Part shown: one piece after another, positions 48,884 to 63,636 of the stretch
Layout: each line of letters starts with the position of its first letter
Position numbering within the stretch: the first letter of the stretch is position 1
Assembly (NCBI GenBank): GCA_964016885.1
Contig: CAXHJY010001117.1
Span: 132,477 to 196,476 of the forward strand
Origin: Eledone cirrhosa
Taxonomy: Eukaryota
DNA length: 64,000 nucleotides
Direction of reading: 5' to 3'
Notes under the pieces: model-generated
What the model was told of the DNA's origin: nothing
Database searches by the model: none
Seen by the model: only the letters and a program-made list of their open reading frames with translations
Translations under genes and position numbers: made by a program

Positions 48884-51808
48884 TACTTCCCTTGCTTTTA
48901 TCGAGAATCTAATTGTAATACGTGACGTATTCTATTCTATAGCGATTAGGTCTTCAAAATGTTTATTATAAACATACAGAATATTTTCGAATATTCTGTG
49001 TCTATATTCACATATATATCGCTATTTCAGAGCATTTATTCCAATTTCTAATTTCTGCCGGACCGGCAACCGCTCTTTCAAACCAGTTCCTGTACACAGC
49101 TAAGTATTCTATAAGTCTCTAGCTGTGTCATTCTCGATAAAAGCACTGGATATGTAGTCCTGATGAATTCTAACAAGAATGAAACGCGTAGACTTACTTC
49201 CCTTGCTTTTATCGAGAATCTAATTGTAATACGTGACGTATTCTATTCTATAGCGATTAGGTCTTCAAAATGTTTATTATAAACATACAGAATATTTTCG
49301 AATATTCTGTGTCTATATTCACATATATATCGCTATTTCAGAGCATTTATTCCAATTTCTAATTTCTGCCGGACCGGCAACCGCTCTTTCAAACCAGTTC
49401 CTGTACACAGCTAAGTATTCTATAAGTCTCTAGCTGTGTCATTCTCGATAAAAGCACTGGATATGTAGTCCTGATGAATTCTAACAAGAATGAAACGCGT
49501 AGACTTACTTCCCTTGCTTTTATCGAGAATCTAATTGTAATACGTGACGTATTCTATTCTATAGCGATTAGGTCTTCAAAATGTTTATTATAAACATACA
49601 GAATATTTTCGAATATTCTGTGTCTATATTCACATATATATCGCTATTTCAGAGCATTTATTCCAATTTCTAATTTCTGCCGGACCGGCAACCGCTCTTT
49701 CAAACCAGTTCCTGTACACAGCTAAGTATTCTATAAGTCTCTAGCTGTGTCATTCTCGATAAAAGCACTGGATATGTAGTCCTGATGAATTCTAACAAGA
49801 ATGAAACGCGTAGACTTACTTCCCTTGCTTTTATCGAGAATCTAATTGTAATACGTGACGTATTCTATTCTATAGCGATTAGGTCTTCAAAATGTTTATT
49901 ATAAACATACAGAATATTTTCGAATATTCTGTGTCTATATTCACATATATATCGCTATTTCAGAGCATTTATTCCAATTTCTAATTTCTGCCGGACCGGC
50001 AACCGCTCTTTCAAACCAGTTCCTGTACACAGCTAAGTATTCTATAAGTCTCTAGCTGTGTCATTCTCGATAAAAGCACTGGATATGTAGTCCTGATGAA
50101 TTCTAACAAGAATGAAACGCGTAGACTTACTTCCCTTGCTTTTATCGAGAATCTAATTGTAATACGTGACGTATTCTATTCTATAGCGATTAGGTCTTCA
50201 AAATGTTTATTATAAACATACAGAATATTTTCGAATATTCTGTGTCTATATTCACATATATATCGCTATTTCAGAGCATTTATTCCAATTTCTAATTTCT
50301 GCCGGACCGGCAACCGCTCTTTCAAACCAGTTCCTGTACACAGCTAAGTATTCTATAAGTCTCTAGCTGTGTCATTCTCGATAAAAGCACTGGATATGTA
50401 GTCCTGATGAATTCTAACAAGAATGAAACGCGTAGACTTACTTCCCTTGCTTTTATCGAGAATCTAATTGTAATACGTGACGTATTCTATTCTATAGCGA
50501 TTAGGTCTTCAAAATGTTTATTATAAACATACAGAATATTTTCGAATATTCTGTGTCTATATTCACATATATATCGCTATTTCAGAGCATTTATTCCAAT
50601 TTCTAATTTCTGCCGGACCGGCAACCGCTCTTTCAAACCAGTTCCTGTACACAGCTAAGTATTCTATAAGTCTCTAGCTGTGTCATTCTCGATAAAAGCA
50701 CTGGATATGTAGTCCTGATGAATTCTAACAAGAATGAAACGCGTAGACTTACTTCCCTTGCTTTTATCGAGAATCTAATTGTAATACGTGACGTATTCTA
50801 TTCTATAGCGATTAGGTCTTCAAAATGTTTATTATAAACATACAGAATATTTTCGAATATTCTGTGTCTATATTCACATATATATCGCTATTTCAGAGCA
50901 TTTATTCCAATTTCTAATTTCTGCCGGACCGGCAACCGCTCTTTCAAACCAGTTCCTGTACACAGCTAAGTATTCTATAAGTCTCTAGCTGTGTCATTCT
51001 CGATAAAAGCACTGGATATGTAGTCCTGATGAATTCTAACAAGAATGAAACGCGTAGACTTACTTCCCTTGCTTTTATCGAGAATCTAATTGTAATACGT
51101 GACGTATTCTATTCTATAGCGATTAGGTCTTCAAAATGTTTATTATAAACATACAGAATATTTTCGAATATTCTGTGTCTATATTCACATATATACATAC
51201 ATATATATACATATATATATATATATACATACATATATATACATATATATATATACATATATATATATACATATACATACATATATATATATATATACAT
51301 ACATATACATATATATATATATATACATACATATACATATATATATATATATACATACATATACATATATATATATATATACATACATATACATATATAT
51401 ATATATATACATACATATACATATATATATATACATACATATACATATATATATATACATACATATACATATATATATATATATACATACATACATATAC
51501 ATATATATATATACATATACATATATATATATATATACATACATACATATACATATATATATATACATATATATACATACATACATATATATATACATAC
51601 ATATATATATACATACATATATATATACATACATATATACATACATATATATATACATACATACATACATACATATATACATACATACATACATATATAT
51701 ATACATACATATATACATACATACATACATATATATATACATACATATATACATACATATATATATACATACATATATATATACATACATATATACATAC
51801 ATACATAT

Positions 51809-51839
<31 letters not shown>

Positions 51840-51857
51840 CATACATATATACATACA

Positions 51858-51923
<66 letters not shown>

Positions 51924-52226
51924 CATACATATATATATATATATATATACATACATATATATATACATACATATATATATACATACATATATATATATAT
52001 ATATATACATACATATATATATACATACATATATATATACATACATATATATATATATATATATACATACATATATATATATATATATATACATACATAT
52101 ATATATACATACATATATATATACATACATATATATATACATACATATATATATACATACATACATACATATATACATACATACATATATACATACATAC
52201 ATATATATATATATACATATATATAC

Positions 52227-52279
<53 letters not shown>

Positions 52280-52285
52280 CATACA

Positions 52286-52326
<41 letters not shown>

Positions 52327-52593
52327 ACATACATATATATATATATACATACATATATATATATATACATACATATATATATATATACAGACATAGATAT
52401 ATATACATACATATATATATATACATACATATATATATATACATACATATATATATATACATACATAGATATATATACATACATATATATATATACATAC
52501 ATATATATATATACATACATATATATATATACATACATATATATATATACATACATATATATATATACATACATATATATATATACATACATA

Positions 52594-52741
<148 letters not shown>

Positions 52742-52746
52742 CATAC

Positions 52747-52823
<77 letters not shown>

Positions 52824-52899
52824 CATATATATACCTACATATATATACATATATATACCTACATATATATACATATATATACCTACATATATATACATA

Positions 52900-52998
52900 C
52901 ATACATGATGGCTGCCCCCTCGTTATCGAGTATGGCCATTGCACAATAAAAAAAAAAAAAAATAAATAAAATAAAACAAAACAAAACAAAAAAAAAAA

Positions 52999-53074
<76 letters not shown>

Positions 53075-53153
53075 GCAATAATAATAATAACGACAATAAC
53101 AATAATAATATACATATTCATATATATATACACACACACGCACGCACATAAGC

Positions 53154-53195
<42 letters not shown>

Positions 53196-55272
53196 GATAG
53201 CAACTAACAGTGCTGCGATCGAATGTGGCTTTTTAGCCCAGCCAATGATCCAAAATGTCTTGCACAGAGTCGGCAACCAAAACATTTACTGGGAATAGTC
53301 GGCTGTGGTTGGAGTTCGTGTACTTTTGCATGTCGCTTGAGTCCTCCTGCTGATTTACATTCTCTACCACATGTTTGGCAAGCATGATGAGTAGCATCTC
53401 CAACAGCAGCCTGGTAGTCAACCACTGGTCTTACTTTATGACTGCGAAGATGACTTTCGAGTCCAGCTTTGCTTAGGCAGAGTCTCGCACAGACGCTGCA
53501 TGTCAGAAACATAGGAGGACCCTCGCCGTCTGGAAGTGCAACAGCAATACCCTTCCTCACGTCCCGCTTTACTTTCTCGTGTGCGATTCGAGATGCCTCA
53601 AAGGCAACTTTTCCCTCATATACAGTCTTTCTCCATTTATTACGATCAGCAGCAATATTTTCCCATGTATCAGCAGAGATGTTAGCGTCTTTCAGAGAGG
53701 CCTTCAAGGAATCCTTATACCTCTTTTTTGGTTTATGTGGCGGTCGTTTTCCTTTAACCAACTCTCCATAGAAGAGTTGTTTTGGTATTCTAGAATCCTT
53801 CATCCTGGCAAGGTGACCACTCCAACGGAGTCGCTGCTTAAGCACAAGAGCTTCTATACTGTCACACATAGAGCTTTCCAAAATCTCGACATCACTGATG
53901 TGGTCCCTCCAGTGAACGCCATGTATCCGTCTGAGACACATCTGATGGAAACGCTCCAATTGCTCAAGGTGGCGTCGATATGTGACCCAGGTCTCGCAGG
54001 CATAAAGAAGACAAGAGAGTACACATGCCCTGTACACCTTTACCTTTGTCCTCCTGCATATGTCTCGCCGACCCCAGAGTCGCCTTTCTAGCTTTCCGAA
54101 AGCATCACTTGCTTTCCTAATCCTAAGTGAGATTTCACTGTCAAGGTTGCCGTATCGATTGACAGTGCTTCCCAGGTAGACAAACTGATCAACCACTCCA
54201 AGTCGTTTGCCATACACATAGATGTTTGGTTCAGTGTACTGCCTACCAGGTGCAGGTTGGTACATGACGACGGTTTTCTTGAGACTGACAGTCAAACCCA
54301 GGGCAGTGCAAGCGTCAGAAAATACATTCAAAATGTGCTGCATATCACTCTCTGTGTGCGCTACAAGATCGCAATCATCTGCATACAAGAGGTCTCTTAT
54401 GACTGATGTAAATACTTTTGTCTTCGCAGCAAAGCGCCTGATGTTAAATATGCTGCCTGAGGTTCGATATCGGATGTAAACACCATGCTCGCAATTCCTG
54501 AATGCAACACAGAAAACCATTGCAAAGTATATGGCAAACAGGGTCGGTGCTGGAATATCCCCCTGTTTCACTCCATTTTTTACTGAGATAGGCTCCGACA
54601 TGTTACCTCCGACATTAACCCAAGCCTTCATGTCGTCATGGAAAGACCTAACTAAAGCAAGGAACTTATCAGGGCAACCAAGTTTCTGGAGAACCTTCCA
54701 TAATGCATCTCTGTTGACAGTATCGAAAGCCTTTGTCAGATCGACAAAAACCTGATACAGATCCAAGCCCTGTTCAATGCACTTCTCCTGGAGCTGTCTA
54801 GCTGAGAAGATCATATCAGTAGTGCCGCGTCCAACACGAAAACCAGATTGACTTTCAGGAAGGACACAATCTGCAATGTGTGTCAGCAGACGGTCCAGAA
54901 GTACCCTACATAAAACTTTCCCCACGACAGAAAGCAATGATATACCTCTGTAGTTCCCGCAATCATTCCTGTTACCCTTTCCCTTGTACAAGACCACCAT
55001 TACTGCATCTCTCCAGTCCTCAGGCACGGATTCATTAGCCCATATCCCTCCAAACAGAGAGTGAAGATGTTGCAGGAGTCTCTCACCACCATATTGTAGG
55101 AGCTCAGCATGTATGCCATCCATACCTGGAGATCTTCCACTGTTCAGCTTCGAAATAGCCACTGCAACCTCCACAAGTGTCGGAGGCTCTGCGAGAGCTA
55201 CTTTCACAGGACTTTCCGGAATGAGATTGAGGAAATCTTCACTGACGACAGACGGCTGATTCAAAAGATCAT
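52900..55272 (-). mobile_element. 5'-truncated RTE-clade LINE; RT ORF 55272-53204 with three C-terminal C2H2 fingers
   Basis: NYRGISLLS, ESQSGFR, FVDLTKAFD, GVKQG, LLYADD, FVYLGS, LRWSGHLARM..RIPKQLFYGEL; CxxC..HxxxH three times. The 3' UTR is broken by microsatellites and ends 'ggcagccatc(atgt)n'. Confidence 0.93.
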
Positions 55273-55319
55273 ACATACATATATATATATATACCTACAT
55301 ATATATACATACATACATA

Positions 55320-55377
<58 letters not shown>

Positions 55378-56235
55378 CATATATATGTTTTTGAGTGCTT
55401 GTGTGTATATTTGTAGGTGTATGTATATCTGGATGAGTGTGTGTCTGTTTCTCTGTTTCTATATGTGAATGCGTGTGTCTTTGTTTCTGTGTGTGTGTGT
55501 GTGTGTGTCTCGCTCTCTCTTTCACTCTCTCCCTCTCTCCCTCACCCCTCTCTCTCCTTCTCTGTTTGTATCTATGTATGTATGTATGTCTCAACTCACC
55601 TGTGTGTGTGTGTAACACTCTTTCCCCCTCTCTCTGCCTAACTATCTCCCCCCTCTCTCCCTCACTCTGCTTGTATCTGTGTGTGTCTCAACTTACCTGT
55701 GTGTGTGTGTGTGAGTATGTGTGTATGTGTGTGTGTGTGTGAGTATGTGTGTATATGTGTGTGTGTGTGTGTATATGTGTCTATGTGTGTGTATCTATGT
55801 GTATGTATATGTGTGTTTGTGTGCGTGTGTGTGTACGTGAGTCTGACAGAAACCCAATTTTCCTGGCATAAAAAAAACACGAATGTCTTTAACAAGTCTT
55901 GTTAAAATGTTTACTAAATTTTCTTCAACGACTTCTTCAATATCGCAATTTACAATCATTAGAAATGTCAAACAGTTAAGATATTAGGACAAAGTAGCTC
56001 TGTGGTACACTTGTTACTTTCCAATTAAGGAAGGAAGGAACGAAGGGAGGGTGGAAAATGGTGGAGAATAGGAAGATGAAGGAGGAGGTTGACAGGGAAG
56101 TGGAGGTGGGGGACAACAAAAAAAAAGATGTGGAATAATAATAATAATAATAATAAGAAGAAGATGAAGATGAAGATGAAGAAGACAAAAGATGACAAAA
56201 TGACTGAAGTACCAGTAAAATATAATACAATTATA

Positions 56236-56267
<32 letters not shown>

Positions 56268-56323
56268 CACATGTAATCGCTGCCTAAAGAAACCTCTTGT
56301 TGAGTCATATATATATATATGTA

Positions 56324-56372
<49 letters not shown>

Positions 56373-56602
56373 CGACAATAGGAAGTCTGTATTGCAGATT
56401 GTGTGAAACTTTATTTTATATAACTTATATTACCATATAGATCAGCTTGGAGCACCTTGGATTTGATCCGGCGATCAGATCCCACCTCTTAATCGAAACT
56501 TTTTCAAATATCCGAGTTTATTTAATGCGCTTGAGTGTGTGTGTCTGTGTGTGTGTGTAAGAATGAAAACAGACATTAGAGTTAGAAAATGGCGATGTAT
56601 AA

Positions 56603-56680
<78 letters not shown>

Positions 56681-57151
56681 ATGTATCCATATGTTTGTAT
56701 AAATCAAAGAAAAACGTAGACAAACGAAATAAACAAAAATGAAAAAAAATAACTATCGCTTCCTGCCATCATTACAGCTATAGGAAAACTGAAGTAGATT
56801 TAAAGACCCCAACAGTTTGTCTCAAAAACATTATCGTTTTTTAACTAAAGATATTCAATAGATCCATTCAACCCCGACAAATAATGATTTATTCAGAGGT
56901 TTAACGTAATTAAATGCATACATACTCTCGTAATTGGCTTCCTTAACATTTCGGTGTGGATAAACATTTTGAATAGTAAAGAAAAAAGATAAATTTAAAA
57001 AGCACATGTATTTACTATATAATTTGGAAGATGTGTATTTGGAAAAATAATCATGTCTTTTTTTGTTTGTTTATATATATAAGTTTATACGATATATACA
57101 TGTATATATATATATTTCCTTAAACTCTAATATGTTATTTTAATAAATATA

Positions 57152-57229
<78 letters not shown>

Positions 57230-57264
57230 GTATATATGTATATATATATGTATATATGTATATA

Positions 57265-57309
<45 letters not shown>

Positions 57310-57981
57310 GTATATATATATTAATGTATATGTATGTATGGGTATCTCTATATACATATATGTATATGGGTATATAAGTATGTATATATACATATATGTA
57401 TATGGATATATATGTATATTTGTATATATACATGTATATATATATATGTATGTACATATATATATATGAGTATATATATATATTTATAAATATATATATA
57501 TATATATATAGGTATATGTATATACATATAGGAATATGGATATATATTTATATATGTGTGTATATATATGTATCTGTATATATATATATATGTTTATATA
57601 TATGTATATATACATAAGCATATATATATGTGTGTATGCATGTGTCTGTGTGTGTGTGTGCGTGTGTGCGTGTGTATCTTTATGTATGTCTAAATCTATG
57701 TATGTGTACGTACATATATGTGCAAACTACTGGGCTTAATTAAATAGTAAAAAAGACTGTATTCACACGAGATCTCGTTTTATGTTTACATCCCGTCACA
57801 GCGGATCCTGAACTGGTAATTAAACATCTATTGTCGTAGAGATATCCCGGCCTGCATTGCGTTTAATGTCGTCAAATTATAACTGATTGGCAACATAAAA
57901 TGTCTTATTTACAAAGGTGTATTTATTTATATTGTCAAGATGGAGACAGGAAAAAAAAACATTCAGCGGTAATAATAATAA

Positions 57982-58090
57982 GGTTTCTACTGTTAAGCAC
58001 AAGGCCGGCAATCTTAGGTGAGTAGAATCTATAAAATCGACCCTAACGCATTACAGGTGCTTTATTTTGTCGACCCCGAAATAATGAAAT
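57982..58090 (-). mobile_element. SINE 3' fragment
   Basis: 'gcacaaggcc...tttattttgtcgaccccgaaataatgaaa' on the plus strand. Confidence 0.6.
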
Positions 58091-58097
58091 GAACAAC

Positions 58098-58129
<32 letters not shown>

Positions 58130-58130
58130 C

Positions 58131-58736
58131 ATGGTGGCTGCCAACTCGTTTTCGAGTACGGCAACTACTTTATATCAATCAGGAGAACCCCTACTGATGC
58201 GCTGAACGAGTGTGACTTTTTAGTCCAGCCAGCAACTTGAAAACTCTGGTACAAACACTACACTTGTGACAAATATTGACACAGTGCTGGGCCCATGGTA
58301 CCATGTGATGACAAGTGCAGAGAGATCTCCAGATATAAAGCAATGCCTCTGCTGTGAAGCTTTTATAGTGAGCAAAGGCTCTGCACAAAGCCAGTCCCAC
58401 TCTCTTAACCAAGATGATATTTACCAAAAAGAAGAACAAGTCAACATCATTGGATACCATCAGGGTTGCAGGTGTTATATCAGAGTTTTCCTTCTCCTAG
58501 AATTCTGCCTTGACAAAGGCTAAGGGGTCATCTCTCCCAGTGATTTTGGATGGCCATTGACTCTTAAGAGCTCCTTTGCCCTTTGACAGGTTTTGTTTTT
58601 AGTCCTGCAGGATGTCCAAAGTCACCCTCCTCACCAAGAAACCTTGGTGGGGTTGCCAGTTTAGTCGCCAACGACCCGACCATGAGACAGGTTGTACTGG
58701 GATACATGTTACCAGTAGCACCAACTGGTGACCTGA
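58131..58736 (-). mobile_element. Bipartite RTE-derived element, copy C
   Basis: Colinear end to end with 28464-29069, with the same termini; (TA)n flanks. Confidence 0.8.
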
Positions 58737-58790
58737 TATACATATATACATACATACATATACATATATACATATATATATATACATATA

Positions 58791-58867
<77 letters not shown>

Positions 58868-58873
58868 GTATAC

Positions 58874-58910
<37 letters not shown>

Positions 58911-58991
58911 CATATATACATATGTATATATATATATACATATATACATATGTATATATATATACATATATATATATGTAAACATATATAC

Positions 58992-59026
<35 letters not shown>

Positions 59027-59089
59027 CATATATATATGTATATATATACATATATACATATGTATATATATATACATATATATATATGT

Positions 59090-59172
<83 letters not shown>

Positions 59173-59254
59173 CATATATACATATGTATATATATATACA
59201 TATATATATATGTATACATATATACATATATATATATATATACATATATATATG

Positions 59255-59290
<36 letters not shown>

Positions 59291-59372
59291 CATATATACA
59301 TATGTATATATATATACATATATATATATGTATACATATATACATATATATATATATATACATATATATATG

Positions 59373-59428
<56 letters not shown>

Positions 59429-59512
59429 CATATATACATATGTATATATATATACATATATATATATGTATACATATATACATATATATATATATATACA
59501 TATATATATGTA

Positions 59513-62500
59513 TAACTTTGAATAACTTTGAAATGTTGTGGCCAGTATTGGCCCAGGCCATGTCTAACTTAATAGCACCACCTGGCGAAGTCTTTCAATT
59601 CAGGATTTGGGCACCATGGCCCATTCGAGAAGGGAATTACTGTTTGCGGAGACATATCCGGGTGTGGGTGGTTTGTCCGGGATTACTTGGAGGAATTTGT
59701 CCAAAGACTTCTTGAATTTTGTGTGGTCAGTTTCTGTTTTGACGTGTCCTGGTGTGATGTTGAAGAGAGCAGGGCCGATTGAGGTGAAATAATTGTGCCG
59801 TATTGTTGTTATGAGTTGCGATTTAGATTTTTGAATGGGACGGATAGCACGGGGCCCAAGCCTTGGGTGTATCTTGAAGGCGATGCCAACATCATTTGGG
59901 CAGTGATGATGGAACATTTTCCACATCATGCAGATAATATAACGCTCACGGCGACGTTGGAGTGAGTAAAGTTTCAGGTTTTCCAATCGACCCCAGTAGT
60001 CAAGGTCTGACATGCCATCTATCTTTTTCGTGATTGCCCTTTGAGGAGCTTCAAGTTTCATGATACTTTGTTTCGTGTGGGGAGACCACAGTGGACAACA
60101 GTATTCAAGGTGTGGTCGGGCGAAAGTAGAGAAGAGAAGGATAATGGTGCGGGAATCTCTCGACTGGAAGGTTCTGAGGATCCAGGAACACATTCTGCGG
60201 GCCATGTCAACTTTGCTGCTTATATGCGTGGTCCAGCTTATGTTGCTGTCCACGGTTACTCCCAAGTCTCTGATGTTGTTAGATGCCACGAGAGTTTCCC
60301 CGGAGGGAAGGGAGTACGGGAGTTTCAGAGCATCCTCTTTTCCAAAGTGGATCAGTTCGAATTTGTCTTCGTTCAGTAACATGTTGTTCTTTTCTGCCCA
60401 TTGGGTAACAGCCAGTAGGTCTGACTGAAGGCTTATCCGGTCATCCACGCCATTGATGACCTTTTGGAGCTTGGAATCATCAGCGAAAATTTTAATGTTG
60501 CTGTGTTTGATGATGTCAGTGATGTCATTAATATAGATGATGAAGAGAAGTGGGCCCAACACAGTGCCTTGTGGGACTCCACTACTGACTTTGGCTGGGC
60601 TTGATTTGACTCCCTCAACTACAACATGTTGGGTTCTGTTTGACAGGAAGCTCTTGATCCACTGCAGCAGCTTTCCAGTGACACCAATATTGGACAGCTT
60701 TCTCAGTAGAATGTTATGATCAACCCTGTCAAAGGCCTTGCTGAAATCAAGGTAGATAACATCAGTGTTGGAACCCTCTCCCAAGGCTCTCAAAATGTCA
60801 TCAAAGTGATGCAGTAGTTGCGTCAGGCAATCCCTTCCATTACGGAATCCATGCTGGTTGGAGTTCAGCATATTGTTACTCTCAAGGAAGTGGGTCATTC
60901 GCGATCTCACCACTCGCTCAAATACCTTAATGATATGAGAGGTGAGTGAGATTGGACGGTAATTCACGGCAAGGGATTTGTTTCCCTTTTTGAAAACTGG
61001 GACAACAGACTGGGATAGAAGGTTTTCTGGCACATATCCAGCATCCAGTGAGTTCCGCCACAGATTGGCAAGAGGAGAAGCAAGTTGGTGTTGACACGCC
61101 TTCAAGACACAAGCAGGGAACCTATCGGGACCTACTGCTGAATTATGCTTGATTTCCTTTATTGCCGCCAAGACATCAGGGGCGCCAAACGTTATGTCCG
61201 ATAAGGTGTAATGGGGAGTAACATCGCCGATACAGCCCAGATCGGCCATATCAGGATTGCTGAAAACAGAGCAGTATTGTTTCTGCAGTATCTCACCCAT
61301 GGTTTTAGCATTGTCTTGAAGAGTGCCATTTTCATCAATTAGAGGGCCAACAGTAGAGCCAGTGATTTTGTGTTTTTTTGCAAATGAAAAGATCACTTTG
61401 GGATTGAGTTTGATCTTCTCAATGGCCCAGGCCTCTTCAGCTCTTCTCTGATTGTTGATGAGGGACATTATGTTGTTTTGGAGGTTATGTTTTTTAATCT
61501 CTAGTGATGAAATGGCAGTCAAGTTGATGTGTTGCTGCTGACAGTATTTCAGATTGTTGATTTTTTTGTTCGTTCTCTTAATTTTTCTGATGAGCGTTTT
61601 TCTATTTCTAGGGATTCTGCTCTTAGATTTGTTTATAGTTCTTAATGGGGTGTGTTTAGCACATATGTTTGTAACAGTGTCCACAAATGTCTGCCAGGAC
61701 TTTTTGATGTTAGTGGGTGTATGAGTGTGCGTGAAGGACCAGTCGACATGTGCAAGATCATGACTGATCGCTTCCCAGTTTGCATTGTGGAAATCCATAG
61801 CGTCAAACGGATGGACAGGAGAAATGACATTGGGTTTGTATATTGGACGGTGGAATCTCAGATCACAGAGAACCATGTCATGATCAGAGAGTAGAGTTTT
61901 CTCCACTGCAATATTGTGGATATTGTCAGTGTGATTGCTGAAAATTAAGTCTAGGACGTTTTTGTGGCACCTCGTTGGTTCGAGCACTAGTTGGGATAGG
62001 AAGAAATCATCCATGAAGTCAAGAAGCGATTCCACAGCTTCCCTGTCAGAGGTTGAGGCAGAAGAACCTGGTGGCAGGGTGTTTGTGGACCAGTCAACTC
62101 CGGGGAGGTTGAAGTCCCCCATCATTAAGATGTTGTCAGGGTGACACTCTTGGATGAAACACTTTATGCTGTTGAGGCATTCCTTGAAGCATGGTACAGG
62201 CGTTTGGGGTGGCCTATAGAGCCCAACTACTAATAGGTTGTTGGTTTGACTGAATACAGTGACTGCCTCACAGTATCCATTAGTGAATATGTTCATAGCC
62301 TCTGTTGAGAAAGAATTATGGACATAAATGGCAGTTCCGCCCTTTCTTCTGCCAGCGCGATCAGCACGGATGGCTTTGAAATTTTTCACTTTCACCTCGG
62401 CTTCCAAGTGGAGGTTACTGAGATGGGTTTCAGTGAGGACGAAGAAAGGGATGTGGTTTGGATGGACATCAATCCAGTCCTCCAGGAATTTGATCTTCCA

Positions 62501-62542
62501 TTTTTGAGTATTGGTGGAAGGGCTGATGCCTTGGGCGTTAAG
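59513..62542 (-). mobile_element. CR1-group LINE; ORF2 (APE endonuclease + RT) open from 62542 to 59600, about 980 aa, 5' end lost in (TA)n
   Basis: LNAQG, VLTETHL, GGTAIYV, GLYRPP, MMGDFN, LDLIF, LSDH (APE); [33 protein letters not shown] (RT). 3' tail (TTCAAAGTTA)2. The first about 470 aa of the ORF-track protein are microsatellite. Confidence 0.93.
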
Positions 62543-62610
<68 letters not shown>

Positions 62611-62813
62611 CATATATACATATGTATATATATATACATATATACATATGTATATATATATACATATATACATATGTATATATATATACATATATATATA
62701 TGTATACATATATACATATATATATATGTATACATATATACATATATATATATGTATATATATATACATATATGTATATATATATACATATATATATATG
62801 TATATATATATAC

Positions 62814-62844
<31 letters not shown>

Positions 62845-62859
62845 TACATATATATATAC

Positions 62860-62890
<31 letters not shown>

Positions 62891-62893
62891 TAC

Positions 62894-62983
<90 letters not shown>

Positions 62984-62986
62984 GTG

Positions 62987-63045
<59 letters not shown>

Positions 63046-63064
63046 GTGTATATATATATATATA

Positions 63065-63095
<31 letters not shown>

Positions 63096-63118
63096 GTGTA
63101 TATATATATATATATACA

Positions 63119-63151
<33 letters not shown>

Positions 63152-63178
63152 GTATATATATATACATATATATATATG

Positions 63179-63225
<47 letters not shown>

Positions 63226-63226
63226 G

Positions 63227-63316
<90 letters not shown>

Positions 63317-63429
63317 TATATATATGTATATATACATATATATATATATGTATATATATATATATGTATATATATATACATATATATATGTATATATATA
63401 CATATATATATATGTATATATATATATAC

Positions 63430-63566
<137 letters not shown>

Positions 63567-63591
63567 CATATATATATGTATATATATATAC

Positions 63592-63636
<45 letters not shown>

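Larger units (their letters stand above)
48041..51195. mobile_element. 311-bp hammerhead-containing tandem array (non-LTR retrozyme-like): about 2.3 units on minus (48041-48751) and about 7.9 units on plus (48752-51195)
   Basis: Plus unit starts at 48752, 49063, 49374, 49685, 49996, 50307, 50618 and 50929; minus register at 48041, 48352 and 48663. Units appear identical. Embedded in (TA/CATA)n. Confidence 0.92.

Noticed and set aside
48041-51195. Array as CRISPR, rDNA/5S, tRNA or coding repeat
   Set aside because: No unique spacers, no recognisable rRNA/tRNA/snRNA motifs and no unit-encoded ORF; the hammerhead explains it better.
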